The notes beneath the pieces were generated by a model. It had not been told where the DNA came from. It saw only the letters and a program-made list of their open reading frames with translations, and made no database searches. From contig DSAS01000024.1 in NCBI GenBank assembly GCA_011046365.1, positions 1 to 55,788 of the forward strand: a stretch of DNA of 55,788 bases, written 5' to 3'. The DNA comes from Fidelibacterota bacterium. Its GTDB lineage: Bacteria > Fidelibacterota > UBA2242. This document shows, one piece after another, positions 19,450 through 29,105 of this stretch; positions within the stretch are counted from its first letter, which is position 1, and each line of letters begins with the position of its first letter. A program made the translations under genes and the position numbers.

Positions 19450-20712
19450 ATGAGATTAAGAAATCAAACGCTTACCGGTGTTGACATCGGTACCCATAAG
19501 ACCTGTGCATTAATCGCCGAGGTAAATCCCGAAACGGGAAATCCGCTGATCAAGGGCTACGGATTTGTCGAGACCAGGGGCTTGAAAAGAGGCGCCGTAG
19601 TCAATATCGAGAAATTAAGTCAGACGATCAGTCAGGCGGTGAATGCCGCTGAGACCATGGCGGGAACATCCGTATCCAGCTGTTATGTCAGCATCAGCGG
19701 TGATCACATTCGCAGCATGAATACCCAGGGAATGATTGCCATCTCCCGGGACACCCGCGGCGGTATCGGCGAAGCCCGCGAAATTGAACAGGAAGACATT
19801 GATCGCGTCATTGAACATACCCGTGCCATCCCCCTGCCCGTTGATCGCCAGATTCTGCATGTAATGCCTCAGGAATTTACGGTTGACGAACAGAGCGGGA
19901 TTAAAAATCCGATCAATCTGCTAGGGAGACGACTGGAAGCCAAAGTCCACATCACAACTTACAGCACAACTGTAGCATCTAATCTGACCCGCTGTTTCAA
20001 AAACATTGATTTGACAATCAGAAACTTCATTCTCCAGTCTCTTGCGTCCTCAGTCAGTGTTTTAACGCTTGCCGAAAAAGAGGCGGGTTCTATTCTGATT
20101 GACATCGGTTCCGGCACTACCGATGTAATTGTCTACGCCGACGACGGGATTCACCATACCGGCGTTGTGAATTTTGGCGACCAACTGGTGACCAGCGATA
20201 TCGCCTATCTGCTGCGCATACCTCATGAGAATGCAGAAAATATTAAGAAAAATCACGGCTACTGCTTCACTAAAAATGTAGACCGGGAAGCAATAATTAA
20301 AATCGAAAGCATCGGAAACCGACCTGCTCGGGAGCTGCCGCTGCTGAAATTAGCCGAATATATCGAACCCAGGATGGAGGAAATCCTGCGGGAAGCCTTT
20401 ATGGAAGCGAAAAAAGCCGATGTCCCCTTCACCTCAATCCAGTCCGTCGTCATTACCGGCGGTGGTGCTCTGATAAAAGGTTGTGAAGAGCTGGCGGAGT
20501 CAATTTTTCACATGCCGGCGCGGATCGGCTTTCCGACCAACTATTCCGGGTGCGAAGAGGAATTGAATCATCCTGGCTATGCTGCCGCCATCGGAATGCT
20601 GCAGTTTGCCTTACAGGAAAAATTAAACAATCGGATAAAGCCGGCAGGTTCCGAATCATGGTTGAGCAGAATCTGGGACTGGCTGAAAAACTTAACCGAA
20701 AGCATCATGTAA
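19450..20712 (+). CDS. ftsA: Cell division protein FtsA
   Basis: GVDIGTHK, IDIGSGTTD, VTSDIA, VITGGGA (actin-fold motifs) and a C-terminal amphipathic helix WLSRIWDWLKNL. Confidence 0.97.
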   Translation: MRLRNQTLTGVDIGTHKTCALIAEVNPETGNPLIKGYGFVETRGLKRGAVVNIEKLSQTISQAVNAAETMAGTSVSSCYVSISGDHIRSMNTQGMIAISRDTRGGIGEAREIEQEDIDRVIEHTRAIPLPVDRQILHVMPQEFTVDEQSGIKNPINLLGRRLEAKVHITTYSTTVASNLTRCFKNIDLTIRNFILQSLASSVSVLTLAEKEAGSILIDIGSGTTDVIVYADDGIHHTGVVNFGDQLVTSDIAYLLRIPHENAENIKKNHGYCFTKNVDREAIIKIESIGNRPARELPLLKLAEYIEPRMEEILREAFMEAKKADVPFTSIQSVVITGGGALIKGCEELAESIFHMPARIGFPTNYSGCEEELNHPGYAAAIGMLQFALQEKLNNRIKPAGSESWLSRIWDWLKNLTESIM

Positions 20713-20735
20713 AAAAATTATATGTGGAGGTAAAA

Positions 20736-21944
20736 ATGTTATTTGAATTTGACGATTTAGCAAACCAGCAGGCAAAATTGAAGGTAATCGGCGTCGGCGG
20801 TGGCGGCGGCAATGCCATCAACCGGATGATCGAATCTGGATTGACCGGCGTTGATTTCATTGCGGTCAACACCGATGCCCAGGACCTGGACAACAATCTG
20901 GCACCGACCAAAGTACAGATCGGTAAAGACCTGACCCGGGGTCTGGGAGCAGGCGCCGTTAAAGAGGTAGGTAAAATGGCGATGGAAGCCGATCGCCAGC
21001 CGGTTGCCAATACCCTGAACGGCGCCGATATGGTCTTTATTACCGCCGGTATGGGTGGTGGAACCGGAACCGGTGCTTCACCCCTGATTGCCAAATTAGC
21101 AAAAGAGCAGGGTTGCTTGACTGTCGGCATCGTGACCAAACCTTTTCATTTCGAAGGACCAAAGCGGATGCAACGCGCCGAAGAAGGCATCCGCGAATTG
21201 CGTGACAATGTGGATACTCTGATCACCATCCCCAATCAGCGGCTACTGAATATTGTCGATCGGAAAACATCTATCCGACAGGCTTTTCAGACGGCGGACA
21301 GTGTCCTGTATCAGGCTACCAAGGGAATTTCCGATCTGATCAATCGCCACGGAATCATCAATCTCGACTTCGCCGATGTCAAAACTATTATGAAAAACAT
21401 GGGCGATGCCATTATGGGTACTGGTCTGGCAACCGGTGACGAACGAGCCGTCCTGGCTGCCCAGCAGGCGATCTCCAGTCCGCTGTTGAACGATATGAAT
21501 ATCGCCGGCGCCAACGGATTACTGATTAATGTGACCGGTGGAGAAGACCTAAACCTGTTTGAGGTTGATGAAGCCTGCAAAATCATCACTGAAGAAGCCG
21601 GCAGCGATGCCGATATCATTATCGGTGCCGTGATTGACGAGAATCTGACCGATGAGATTATGATTACGATAATTGCAACGGGATTCGGTGGTAAAACAAG
21701 AACCGAGGACAATCAAAAGAGTAAATCGGTCACCATCCCTGCAAAAGAGGAAATGTTCGCTGAAGAAATCTCCTCAGTTGAGGGCAAGCGGGAATGTGAG
21801 GCAAATTCTTACGAATCCAATGAATACCGTAAACCCAATATCAAGATATCTTTTCCGGAAGATGAAAAAAGTCTGGTGGATCAGGTGACCGACATAAATG
21901 ACCGCAACATACCGGCAATCCTGCGGAAGATGATGAATAAGTAG
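20736..21944 (+). CDS. ftsZ: Cell division protein FtsZ
   Basis: KVIGVGGGGGNA, GMGGGTGTG, NLDFADV and C-terminal NIPAILRK. ATG 20736 follows GGAGG. Confidence 0.98.
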   Translation: MLFEFDDLANQQAKLKVIGVGGGGGNAINRMIESGLTGVDFIAVNTDAQDLDNNLAPTKVQIGKDLTRGLGAGAVKEVGKMAMEADRQPVANTLNGADMVFITAGMGGGTGTGASPLIAKLAKEQGCLTVGIVTKPFHFEGPKRMQRAEEGIRELRDNVDTLITIPNQRLLNIVDRKTSIRQAFQTADSVLYQATKGISDLINRHGIINLDFADVKTIMKNMGDAIMGTGLATGDERAVLAAQQAISSPLLNDMNIAGANGLLINVTGGEDLNLFEVDEACKIITEEAGSDADIIIGAVIDENLTDEIMITIIATGFGGKTRTEDNQKSKSVTIPAKEEMFAEEISSVEGKRECEANSYESNEYRKPNIKISFPEDEKSLVDQVTDINDRNIPAILRKMMNK

Positions 21945-21965
21945 TTCTCTCTCTCCACATCTGAT

Positions 21966-22006
21966 AAAAGAAGAGCCCCTGTTTTCTCCCAGGGGCTCGG
22001 CTTTTC
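21966..22006. terminator. Bidirectional intrinsic terminator between convergent ftsZ and rpmB
   Basis: 9-bp stem GAGCCCCTG/CAGGGGCTC flanked by AAAAG and CTTTT. Confidence 0.75.
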
Positions 22007-22021
22007 TATAGCGTAAATAAA

Positions 22022-22213
22022 TTAGACCGCTTTCTTCAGATTGCCCTTTTTCAGACAGGAAGTACATACTTTAGCCGTTTTGACCGAACCGTTTATTTCA
22101 ATTCTCATTTTGGTAAGGTTCGGTTCCCAGCGACGGCGCGTCTTATTATGAGCATGACTGACATTATTGCCGTAGATCGGTCTTTTACCACATATTTCAC
22201 ATACTTTCGACAT
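22022..22213 (-). CDS. rpmB: 50S ribosomal protein L28 (Cys-containing form)
   Basis: [10 protein letters not shown]...[19 protein letters not shown]...VCTSCLK; AGGAG RBS. Confidence 0.97.
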   Translation of the reverse strand: MSKVCEICGKRPIYGNNVSHAHNKTRRRWEPNLTKMRIEINGSVKTAKVCTSCLKKGNLKKAV

Positions 22214-22340
22214 AATTTTAGACTCCTTTAAAAACCTGCGGAATTTGCAGATATTTCTTCAGAATGTCAAAGCTTTTTCAACACGTACAGCATTCTTTTA
22301 TCTGATTGATTATTCCCGCCTCAATATGCTATATTACACC

Positions 22341-23321
22341 GTGAAAATAACCAATCTGGAAATAAATAATTCCGTTTTCCTGGCACCAATGTCCGGCTAC
22401 ACCGATTCCTCCTTTCGTCAGCTATGCAAAAAAATGGGCGCCGGCATGGTTTATACGGAGTTTGTCAGCTCTGAAGGAATCGTCCGGGAATCGGAGAAAT
22501 CCTTCAACTATCTTAAATTTTGCACCGCCGAGCGACCAATCGGTATCCAGATGTTCGGACACAATCCGCAAGTCATGGCTGACGCAGCGGTTATCATTGA
22601 AGAACGTTATAAGCCGGATTTAATTGATCTGAATTTCGGCTGTTCAGTCAGGAAGGTTGTCAGTAAAAATGCCGGGGCAGCGTTGCTAAAAGACCTCCCG
22701 CTTCTCGAATCCATCACGAAAAGCGTGGTCCACGCGGTTCAGACACCCGTGACGGCAAAAATCCGCGCCGGCTGGAACCAGCAGTCAATTGTGGTTCAAA
22801 ATGTCGCTGAAATCCTCCAAAACGCCGGCATCGCCGGCATTACGCTTCACCCCCGCACCGCTTCCGACGGATTTCGCAACAAAGCCAATTGGACTTTGAT
22901 TGCCGAACTAAAAAAAATGGTCTCGATACCGGTCATTGGTAATGGTGATATCAGAACTCCCGAAGATGCGCTGCGAATGGAGAAAATAACCGGCTGCGAC
23001 GCCGTAATGATCGGTCGGGCAGCTATCGGCAATCCCTGGATTTTCCGGCAGATTGGGCAACTACAGCGCGGAGAACAGGGTTACACTGGACCGACTCTGG
23101 CGGAAAAAGTGGCGATGTGTCTATCGCAGATTCGGCTCGAACGGCAATTTTCCGATGATGATCACGTCAACCGGATTATGAAAAAATTCTATCGCTATTA
23201 CGTGCACGGCTTCCCCAACGCCGCTGAAATCCGGAATCGGTTAGTGAATTCAAAGTCTCTGGATCAGACAGTTGAGACACTCCAGAATTTACTGGAATCT
23301 GTTCGTGAAAAGGTGGATTAG
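22341..23321 (+). CDS. dusB: tRNA dihydrouridine synthase DusB
   Basis: LAPMSG, YTEFVS, IDLNFGC, AGAALL, LHPRT, IGNGDI, VMIGRAAIGNPW. GTG 22341 (MKITNLEI) best matches family N-termini. Confidence 0.92.
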   Translation: MKITNLEINNSVFLAPMSGYTDSSFRQLCKKMGAGMVYTEFVSSEGIVRESEKSFNYLKFCTAERPIGIQMFGHNPQVMADAAVIIEERYKPDLIDLNFGCSVRKVVSKNAGAALLKDLPLLESITKSVVHAVQTPVTAKIRAGWNQQSIVVQNVAEILQNAGIAGITLHPRTASDGFRNKANWTLIAELKKMVSIPVIGNGDIRTPEDALRMEKITGCDAVMIGRAAIGNPWIFRQIGQLQRGEQGYTGPTLAEKVAMCLSQIRLERQFSDDDHVNRIMKKFYRYYVHGFPNAAEIRNRLVNSKSLDQTVETLQNLLESVREKVD

Positions 23322-23340
23322 AAATATCTTTTTCTCCCGC

Positions 23341-23868
23341 TCATCGCTGTGTTTCAAACCGCTGAACGTCATCAAAGCTTAGTTGTTTTCCTGCGCGTTT
23401 CGAATTCAGGATGTAATCCAGCGTTTCTCCGGCATAATTTGCCCGGATGGCTTGTACATTGGATTGCAGCTCCACCGGTTCAACCCGCCAGAATTCGACA
23501 TACAAGGTATTGACCGACCCGATTTTGGAATTAAATGTTCTTTGCAGTGTAACCGGCTGCCGAGGATAATCAATTTCCAAATCCACCACAAAAACACCTT
23601 CGGGAACCGGATAGAGATTCCAGGAGCCGGCATTAAACCTATCACTGATAATAGTCTGTCCTTCCTGGATGATATTGACCGAAACAGCAGTCGGTTCAAA
23701 TATCTCTTTTACTTTCGAATCTTTAGGATACAGCTCGTTGTAAAACAGGGCAAAATGACCGGTTTCAATTTGCGCATCCGGCGGCGGTATATAGCTGAAG
23801 TGATGGCTGCAAAACCGCAACAGTAGCAACAAACAGAAAATGACGAGTGAATGCAGAAAGTTTTTCAT
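23341..23868 (-). CDS. Hypothetical exported protein, possible lipoprotein
   Basis: 175-aa ORF with hydrophobic N-terminus and Cys residues; last gene of a minus-strand run. No family recognised. Confidence 0.65.
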   Translation of the reverse strand: MKNFLHSLVIFCLLLLLRFCSHHFSYIPPPDAQIETGHFALFYNELYPKDSKVKEIFEPTAVSVNIIQEGQTIISDRFNAGSWNLYPVPEGVFVVDLEIDYPRQPVTLQRTFNSKIGSVNTLYVEFWRVEPVELQSNVQAIRANYAGETLDYILNSKRAGKQLSFDDVQRFETQR

Positions 23869-23881
23869 TACTAACGTCTTA

Positions 23882-25063
23882 CTACTTCAGTAAAAGCAAT
23901 TCCTCCTGCTCCGCACCGGCGACGACTACCTGTCTGTCCTCAGTGATAAAGACATTGATCTCGGAACGTACCGCCATCTCATCGGGCAGATAGATACCCG
24001 GCTCAATGGAAAAACAGATTCCCGGTACCAGCTGGCGGTCGTCTTTGGTTTCCAGATTGTCAATATGGACCCCATTACCATGAACCTCCCGCCCGATGGA
24101 ATGCCCGGTACGGTGTACAAAATAGTCCCCATAGCCGGCGTCAATAACCACCTGCCGGCAGACATCATCTACTTCGAATCCGTAGCAGGGTTCATTTTTT
24201 CTAAAGCGCTCACGAATAAAATCCCGGGCGGCGTTACGGGCATCCCGGACGATATTAAAAATCTGCCTATATTTTGCCGGCGGCACAGCGCCGATGAAGC
24301 CGCACCAGGTGATATCATAATAAATACCGTTGGGATCATTCTTCCGTGCCCACAGATCAATCAGCACGGTGTCACCCTGCTTAATCGTATACGTATTCTC
24401 AGGCGTCGGTTCAAAATGGGGGTCCGCCGGGTGATCATTTACGCCGACGATCGGATGATCACCATCATCGGTCAAGCCCTCCTCTTCAAACCGCCGGACA
24501 ATGTACTGCTGTACCGCATATTCGGTAATCGCTTCACCCTGTCTGATTTTTTCGGCAATCAGTGCGAATGCCTGGTCTTTGATGCGCTGAACCTTTGCAC
24601 CTGCTTCCAGATGCGCCTCGTAACCAGCCTCGTCTATTACTGCTTCAAAGGATTGCACCAAATCCGCCGAGGATACGATTTCCACACCGTAAGAACGAAT
24701 CAATTCAACCGTCCCGGCATCCACCACCGAGATATAGGGAATATTGCAGCTGGGTGAATACTGCATTGCGATTTTCCTGGCGTTCACCAGGGTTTCTCGT
24801 AACATCCGGTGCAAATCACCCCAGGAGCAGTATACCCTCTTGTCACCGGGCAGTGAATCCAGCTTTTTCGCCTCGACGGCTGATACAATCCGGACCGCCT
24901 TTCCCTGTGCCGGTACAAAGTAAAACCAGCGCCGGGTGGTAAATTTCGAAGCGTCCAGCCCCAATATCCGGTATGCCATGGCGTCTGAATGATGAAAATC
25001 ATAGAACAGCCAGCCGTCAATCTTTTTCTCAGAAATTGCCTTTTGAATTCGTTTCAAGTCCAT
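23882..25063 (-). CDS. M24B Xaa-Pro aminopeptidase/dipeptidase family protein
   Basis: Pita-bread metal ligands IDLW, DITW, HRTGH, IEPGIY, RSE. Confidence 0.92.
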   Translation of the reverse strand: MDLKRIQKAISEKKIDGWLFYDFHHSDAMAYRILGLDASKFTTRRWFYFVPAQGKAVRIVSAVEAKKLDSLPGDKRVYCSWGDLHRMLRETLVNARKIAMQYSPSCNIPYISVVDAGTVELIRSYGVEIVSSADLVQSFEAVIDEAGYEAHLEAGAKVQRIKDQAFALIAEKIRQGEAITEYAVQQYIVRRFEEEGLTDDGDHPIVGVNDHPADPHFEPTPENTYTIKQGDTVLIDLWARKNDPNGIYYDITWCGFIGAVPPAKYRQIFNIVRDARNAARDFIRERFRKNEPCYGFEVDDVCRQVVIDAGYGDYFVHRTGHSIGREVHGNGVHIDNLETKDDRQLVPGICFSIEPGIYLPDEMAVRSEINVFITEDRQVVVAGAEQEELLLLK

Positions 25064-25071
25064 TAATTCAC

Positions 25072-25617
25072 CTATTTGATTATTGTTGATACTTCTTTGA
25101 ATTTTTCATGTCGGGAAGTCCGGAGCAGCTCAAACAGCGCCATTTCGGTACTGCGCAGATTTATCCCGCTCCTTTCCAGTACCCGGATCGCCAGATTTTG
25201 ATCACTTTCTCTGCGACTGGCGCTGGCGTCGGCGATCAGATAGACATCATAACCGGCTTCCAGCAAATCTTGACAGGTCTGGAAAACACAGACATGGGCT
25301 TCAATACCTGCGACCAGAATCTGTGGGCGCTGACGCTGTTTCAGAGCCTCATTAAAATCCGTATTGAGGCAGCAGGAAAAGGATTGCTTTTCAAATCGTT
25401 CCTTGTTTTTAAGTAAACCCAGAATTTCAGGAACCGTCGGTCCCAAGCCTTTGGGATACTGTTCTGTATAAATGATCGGAATATGCAACAGTTGCATACC
25501 TTTGATCAATGTAATCAAACGACCGATCAGCTGCTTTGCATCGGACATGACCGGGACCAATTTCGCCTGAACGTCAATGATTAAAAGCAGTGCCTGTTCC
25601 GGGTTCAGCTGTTTCAT
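25072..25617 (-). CDS. Isochorismatase-family cysteine hydrolase (YcaC/ISOC-like)
   Basis: IIDVQ, TEQYPKGLGPT, EKQSFS, GIEAHVCVFQT (Asp-Lys-Cys triad). Confidence 0.93.
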   Translation of the reverse strand: MKQLNPEQALLLIIDVQAKLVPVMSDAKQLIGRLITLIKGMQLLHIPIIYTEQYPKGLGPTVPEILGLLKNKERFEKQSFSCCLNTDFNEALKQRQRPQILVAGIEAHVCVFQTCQDLLEAGYDVYLIADASASRRESDQNLAIRVLERSGINLRSTEMALFELLRTSRHEKFKEVSTIIK

Positions 25618-25754
25618 TGTTGCTCCGTGGTGGTTTCCCTTTGATGGGAATTAATAATATCCTGCCGGACCCGCCGAAAATGGAGAAAGAAGAGGATCGC
25701 AATGATTAAGAAAAGTAAAAAAAGATTGATCTTGGCGTTCGGTTTGGGTCTCAT
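25614..25754 (-). CDS. 46-aa single-TM small protein (MRPKPNAKINLFLLFLIIAILFFLHFRRVRQDIINSHQRETTTEQQ)
   Basis: Translated by hand. ATG at 25754; its TGA overlaps the hydrolase ATG (ATGA); clear hydrophobic helix flanked by basic residues. Confidence 0.6.
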   Translation of the reverse strand: MRPKPNAKINLFLLFLIIAILFFLHFRRVRQDIINSHQRETTTEQQ

Positions 25755-25868
25755 CTTTTAGAATATTAACTCTTTTTCCTATAATTTCAATAAAAATATG
25801 CCGAAATATTTGATATTCGATCCTTATTTCCTAATTTTCAAATAATTTAATTCACGGGGGATGTCTTA

Positions 25869-27128
25869 ATGAATCAAAAAGTACTGGTTTATTTTAAAAA
25901 GATACCACTGACCGCCTGGATTTTCATTGGCATATTCCTGGGACTTCTGTCGGGTATTTTTCTCGGTCAATCAATTCTACCCCTTGCGACAGTCGTCGGT
26001 GATCTATTTCTGCGCTTATTGAAAATGATCATCGTTCCACTGATTTTCACCTCCATTACATCGGGTGTTTTGGGAATCGGAGATTCTAAAAACCTGGGGC
26101 GGCTCGGTTTAAAAACTATGCTTTACTATATGGCTTCTAGCCTGTTGGCTATTTTAACGGGACTATTTCTTGTCAACTTGATACAGCCGGGGAAAAACGC
26201 CGACATCACCCTCTCCGCAAATCCGGACGCCGATTCTCTGGCAGTCGGCAGCCTACAGGATTTGTTGTACCGCATTATTCCCACCAATCCTATTTCATCT
26301 ATGGTCAACAGCGAAATATTACCGATCATTTTCTTCTGCATTATCCTCGGGATTTTCATTTCCCGCCTGAACGGTTCCTATAAAACACTCCTGACCGATT
26401 TTTTCTACGCTGGTTTTGAGGTCATGATGAATATCACCCATTTTATCATTCTCTTTGCACCGTTGGGAGTTTTTGGTTTGGTTGCCAAAATCACCGCCAC
26501 CACCGGTCTGGAGATTTTCCAATCCCTGGGGCTCTATTTCATTACCGTCGTCATCGGTTTGCTTTGGCACTATTCGATCAACCTGCCACTGATGATTATC
26601 ATTTTGGCGAAGGAGAATCCATTAACTCACCTGAAAAATATGAGTGTGGCTTTGTTAACCGCTTTTACAACCTCATCCAGCTCGGCGACGCTTCCGCTGA
26701 CCATGGAGTGTGCCGAGAAGAAGGCTGGCATTTCCAATAAAATATCAAGTTTTGTTCTACCACTCGGCGCAACGGTCAATATGGATGGAACGGCTCTTTA
26801 CGAATGTGTGGCGGCGATGTTCATCGCCCAGGTCTATGGAATCGAGCTGAGCATCACCGCCCAGTTTACTGTCGTTGTCACGGCGCTGCTCGCCTCTATC
26901 GGAGCTGCCGGTATTCCAATGGCAGGGCTGGTTATGATGTCCATTGTCCTGAAAGCGGTCGGTCTGCCGCTGGAGGGCATCGGAATGATACTGGCGGTTG
27001 ATCGGATACTGGATATGCTGCGCACCTCAACCAACGTCTGGAGCGACAGCTGCGGTACATTAATCATTGCCAAATCTGAAAAAGAGTTGGCAAAGCCCGG
27101 CAAAGACGAAAAAAGGATTTTTGAATAG
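25869..27128 (+). CDS. Dicarboxylate/amino acid:cation symporter (DAACS, GltP-like)
   Basis: FLRLLKMIIVPL, TSSSSATLP, LGATVNMDG, DRILDMLRT. Confidence 0.95.
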   Translation: MNQKVLVYFKKIPLTAWIFIGIFLGLLSGIFLGQSILPLATVVGDLFLRLLKMIIVPLIFTSITSGVLGIGDSKNLGRLGLKTMLYYMASSLLAILTGLFLVNLIQPGKNADITLSANPDADSLAVGSLQDLLYRIIPTNPISSMVNSEILPIIFFCIILGIFISRLNGSYKTLLTDFFYAGFEVMMNITHFIILFAPLGVFGLVAKITATTGLEIFQSLGLYFITVVIGLLWHYSINLPLMIIILAKENPLTHLKNMSVALLTAFTTSSSSATLPLTMECAEKKAGISNKISSFVLPLGATVNMDGTALYECVAAMFIAQVYGIELSITAQFTVVVTALLASIGAAGIPMAGLVMMSIVLKAVGLPLEGIGMILAVDRILDMLRTSTNVWSDSCGTLIIAKSEKELAKPGKDEKRIFE

Positions 27129-27157
27129 TTGACATTCATGAAAATAAATATTATAAT
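27129..27157 (+). promoter_or_regulatory. Consensus sigma70 promoter for the small ORF at 27202
   Basis: TTGACA (27129-27134), 17 bp, TATAAT (27152-27157). Confidence 0.85.
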
Positions 27158-27201
27158 AGTAATGTGTGAAAATCATTAACCAAAAACATTAAGGAGGGGT
27201 T

Positions 27202-27381
27202 ATGAAAACATGGATTCTTGTCGCACTTTTAGCCGGTTTGGTTGCGCTCTTACTGGGAATTATCACTCAACTCTCGGGTGGAGCGATTATTATTTCGGCG
27301 GCGGGCTGGAATAATTTCTCACAAACTCTCATTCTGATCGCCATCGGACTCGGCGTTCTGGAATACTTCAACAAGAAGTAA
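27202..27381 (+). CDS. 59-aa two-TM small membrane protein (MKTWILVALLAGLVALLLGIITQLSGGAIIISAAGWNNFSQTLILIAIGLGVLEYFNKK)
   Basis: Translated by hand; just below the ORF-track size cutoff. AAGGAGG RBS, own promoter and own terminator. Confidence 0.88.
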   Translation: MKTWILVALLAGLVALLLGIITQLSGGAIIISAAGWNNFSQTLILIAIGLGVLEYFNKK

Positions 27382-27401
27382 ATTACGACTTCCCTGACTT
27401 T

Positions 27402-27438
27402 ACGGACAGATAATCTCGGTTATCTGTCCGTTTTTATT
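27402..27438 (+). terminator. Intrinsic terminator after the 59-aa gene, overlapping the yjbQ stop
   Basis: Perfect 12-bp stem ACGGACAGATAA/TTATCTGTCCGT, 6-nt loop, then TTTTATT. Confidence 0.75.
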
Positions 27439-27821
27439 AATGATACCCATACTTTGCGGGTGCGGGGTCCGTCAAATTCACAGAAGTAGACCCCCTGCCA
27501 GGTTCCCAGTCGCAGAGAACCGTTGTGGATTATAATCTGGGCGGAGTTTCCTACCAGTGACGATTTAATATGCGCATCAGAATTACCCTCGATATGTCGG
27601 TAATTTTCCCGGGTCGGGATCAAGGTACTTAATTTTCGTAAAATATCTTCTGTCACGTCGGGGTCGGCATTTTCGTTAATGGTGATGGCGGCAGTGGTGT
27701 GCGGGCAATAGACCGTGCAGAGTCCCGCCTCAACTTCACTTTCTTGAACCAGAGCCCGTACCCGATCAGTTATATCTACAAACTCATTCCGGCTGGATGT
27801 TTTGACAATGAATTCGTGCAT
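27420..27821 (-). CDS. yjbQ: YjbQ/UPF0047 family protein
   Basis: HTTAAITINENADPDV, NSDAHIKSSL, LGTWQGVYFCEFDGPR; GGAGG RBS. Confidence 0.95.
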   Translation of the reverse strand: MHEFIVKTSSRNEFVDITDRVRALVQESEVEAGLCTVYCPHTTAAITINENADPDVTEDILRKLSTLIPTRENYRHIEGNSDAHIKSSLVGNSAQIIIHNGSLRLGTWQGVYFCEFDGPRTRKVWVSLIKTDR

Positions 27822-27836
27822 TATATCCTCCGCTGA

Positions 27837-29099
27837 TTACGTTTTCTGCTCCTTTTTCCGGGCTGACGGAAAAAGCACATTGTTGAGAATCAAGCGGTAA
27901 CCGGGAGAATTCTTGTGCAGTTCGAGCCTGGTGGGCGGATCACCAACATAGTGCCGGTAATCTTCCGGATCGTGACCACCCAGGAAGGTAAATGTCCCGC
28001 GCCCGTAATTGCCATGAATATATTTCACCTGTTCGCCATCCACTACTTCGCCCATAACGACCACCGTCTTTTTGATTTTTTCCCGCCGATAACCGGTTGT
28101 TTGTCCCATAAAACCCTTGATAATCCCCACATGGTTCTGTGTCAGCATCGTCGGTACCGGATCATATTTTGCCGAAAATTCAAACAGCGTAAAATAATCC
28201 GCCTCCGCTCCGGGCGTCACCGCCTGAAAACTGGGCGGGTAATCAATATCGGAATATTCGTAGATCATCGGATCTGGATATAACGTAAAATTTTCAAACG
28301 CCAGCGTTTTTTCAAAATCCAATTTCGCCTGAGCGTTCGGGTCTACCGGATCGCCATCGAATACCGAAGCCACGATATCCACACCTTCTGCCGCCAAGGC
28401 AATGTCCAGAGCATCCGTTGCCGAACACATTGCAAAGAGGAAACCGCCCTGCCCGACATATTCTTTGATTTTGCGAGCAACTGCTTTCTTTTCTTCTGAA
28501 ACTTTCTCAAAACCCAATTGACGCGCCGTTTTCTCAAATTCCTGCTGCTGTTCCTGGTACCAGGCTTGGTGGCGGTAGTTTGCATAAAATTTTCCGTATT
28601 GCCCGGTAAAGTCCTCATGGTGCAGGTGCAGCCAGTCGTACTCCTTTAATCGCCCTTCCATCACTTCAACGTCCCAGATAACGTCATAATCAATCTCGCC
28701 GTAGGTCAATGCCAGCGTCACGGCATCGTCCCAGGGCTGCATATTCGGCGGTGAATAGACGGCGATTTTCGCCGCCTTTTCCAGGAGTGCGATGTCCATA
28801 TTGCTTTCTTCAATCACGGAATATATTTCCAGCAATTCTGCCGCAGAAACCGTTTCGAATTTAACACCCCTGAGACGCAGCTCTTTCTCGATACCACTAT
28901 AGTGATCCATTAAAAACGAACCGCCCCGATAGTTAAGTAACCATTCAACCCTGATATCCTGTTTAAGGACCCAGTATACGATCCCGTAGGCTTTCAGATG
29001 ATCTGTCTGCGTTAAATCCATGGGAATCAGCAATTTCTGAGCCGTTAACGGGGCTGTTCCCAGAATTATCAATAGTATGAGCAGATATTTTTTGATCAT
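27837..29099 (-). CDS. Exported FCB-type conserved protein with class I glutamine amidotransferase-like segment (family often labelled asparagine synthetase B)
   Basis: Signal peptide; LLIPMD..Q.DHLKAYG, WLLNYRGGSF, DWLHLHHEDFTGQYGKF, GGFLFAMCSA, GHDPED, YRLILNNVLFP. It lacks the N-terminal Cys and the SGGLDS motif of true AsnB. Confidence 0.75.
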   Translation of the reverse strand: MIKKYLLILLIILGTAPLTAQKLLIPMDLTQTDHLKAYGIVYWVLKQDIRVEWLLNYRGGSFLMDHYSGIEKELRLRGVKFETVSAAELLEIYSVIEESNMDIALLEKAAKIAVYSPPNMQPWDDAVTLALTYGEIDYDVIWDVEVMEGRLKEYDWLHLHHEDFTGQYGKFYANYRHQAWYQEQQQEFEKTARQLGFEKVSEEKKAVARKIKEYVGQGGFLFAMCSATDALDIALAAEGVDIVASVFDGDPVDPNAQAKLDFEKTLAFENFTLYPDPMIYEYSDIDYPPSFQAVTPGAEADYFTLFEFSAKYDPVPTMLTQNHVGIIKGFMGQTTGYRREKIKKTVVVMGEVVDGEQVKYIHGNYGRGTFTFLGGHDPEDYRHYVGDPPTRLELHKNSPGYRLILNNVLFPSARKKEQKT

Positions 29100-29105
29100 A
29101 ATCCG

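Noticed and set aside
20550-20735. 62-aa N-terminal extension of FtsZ in the ORF track
   Set aside because: It overlaps ftsA in another frame; a GGAGG RBS and a typical N-terminus support ATG 20736.
27162-27180. Fur-box-like sequence (TGAAAATCATTAAC) downstream of the small-ORF promoter
   Set aside because: About 12 of 19 matches in AT-rich DNA, mostly in one half; too weak to call.
27837-29099. Calling this gene asnB
   Set aside because: It has a signal peptide and lacks the Ntn N-terminal Cys and the SGGLDS ATP-pyrophosphatase motif.
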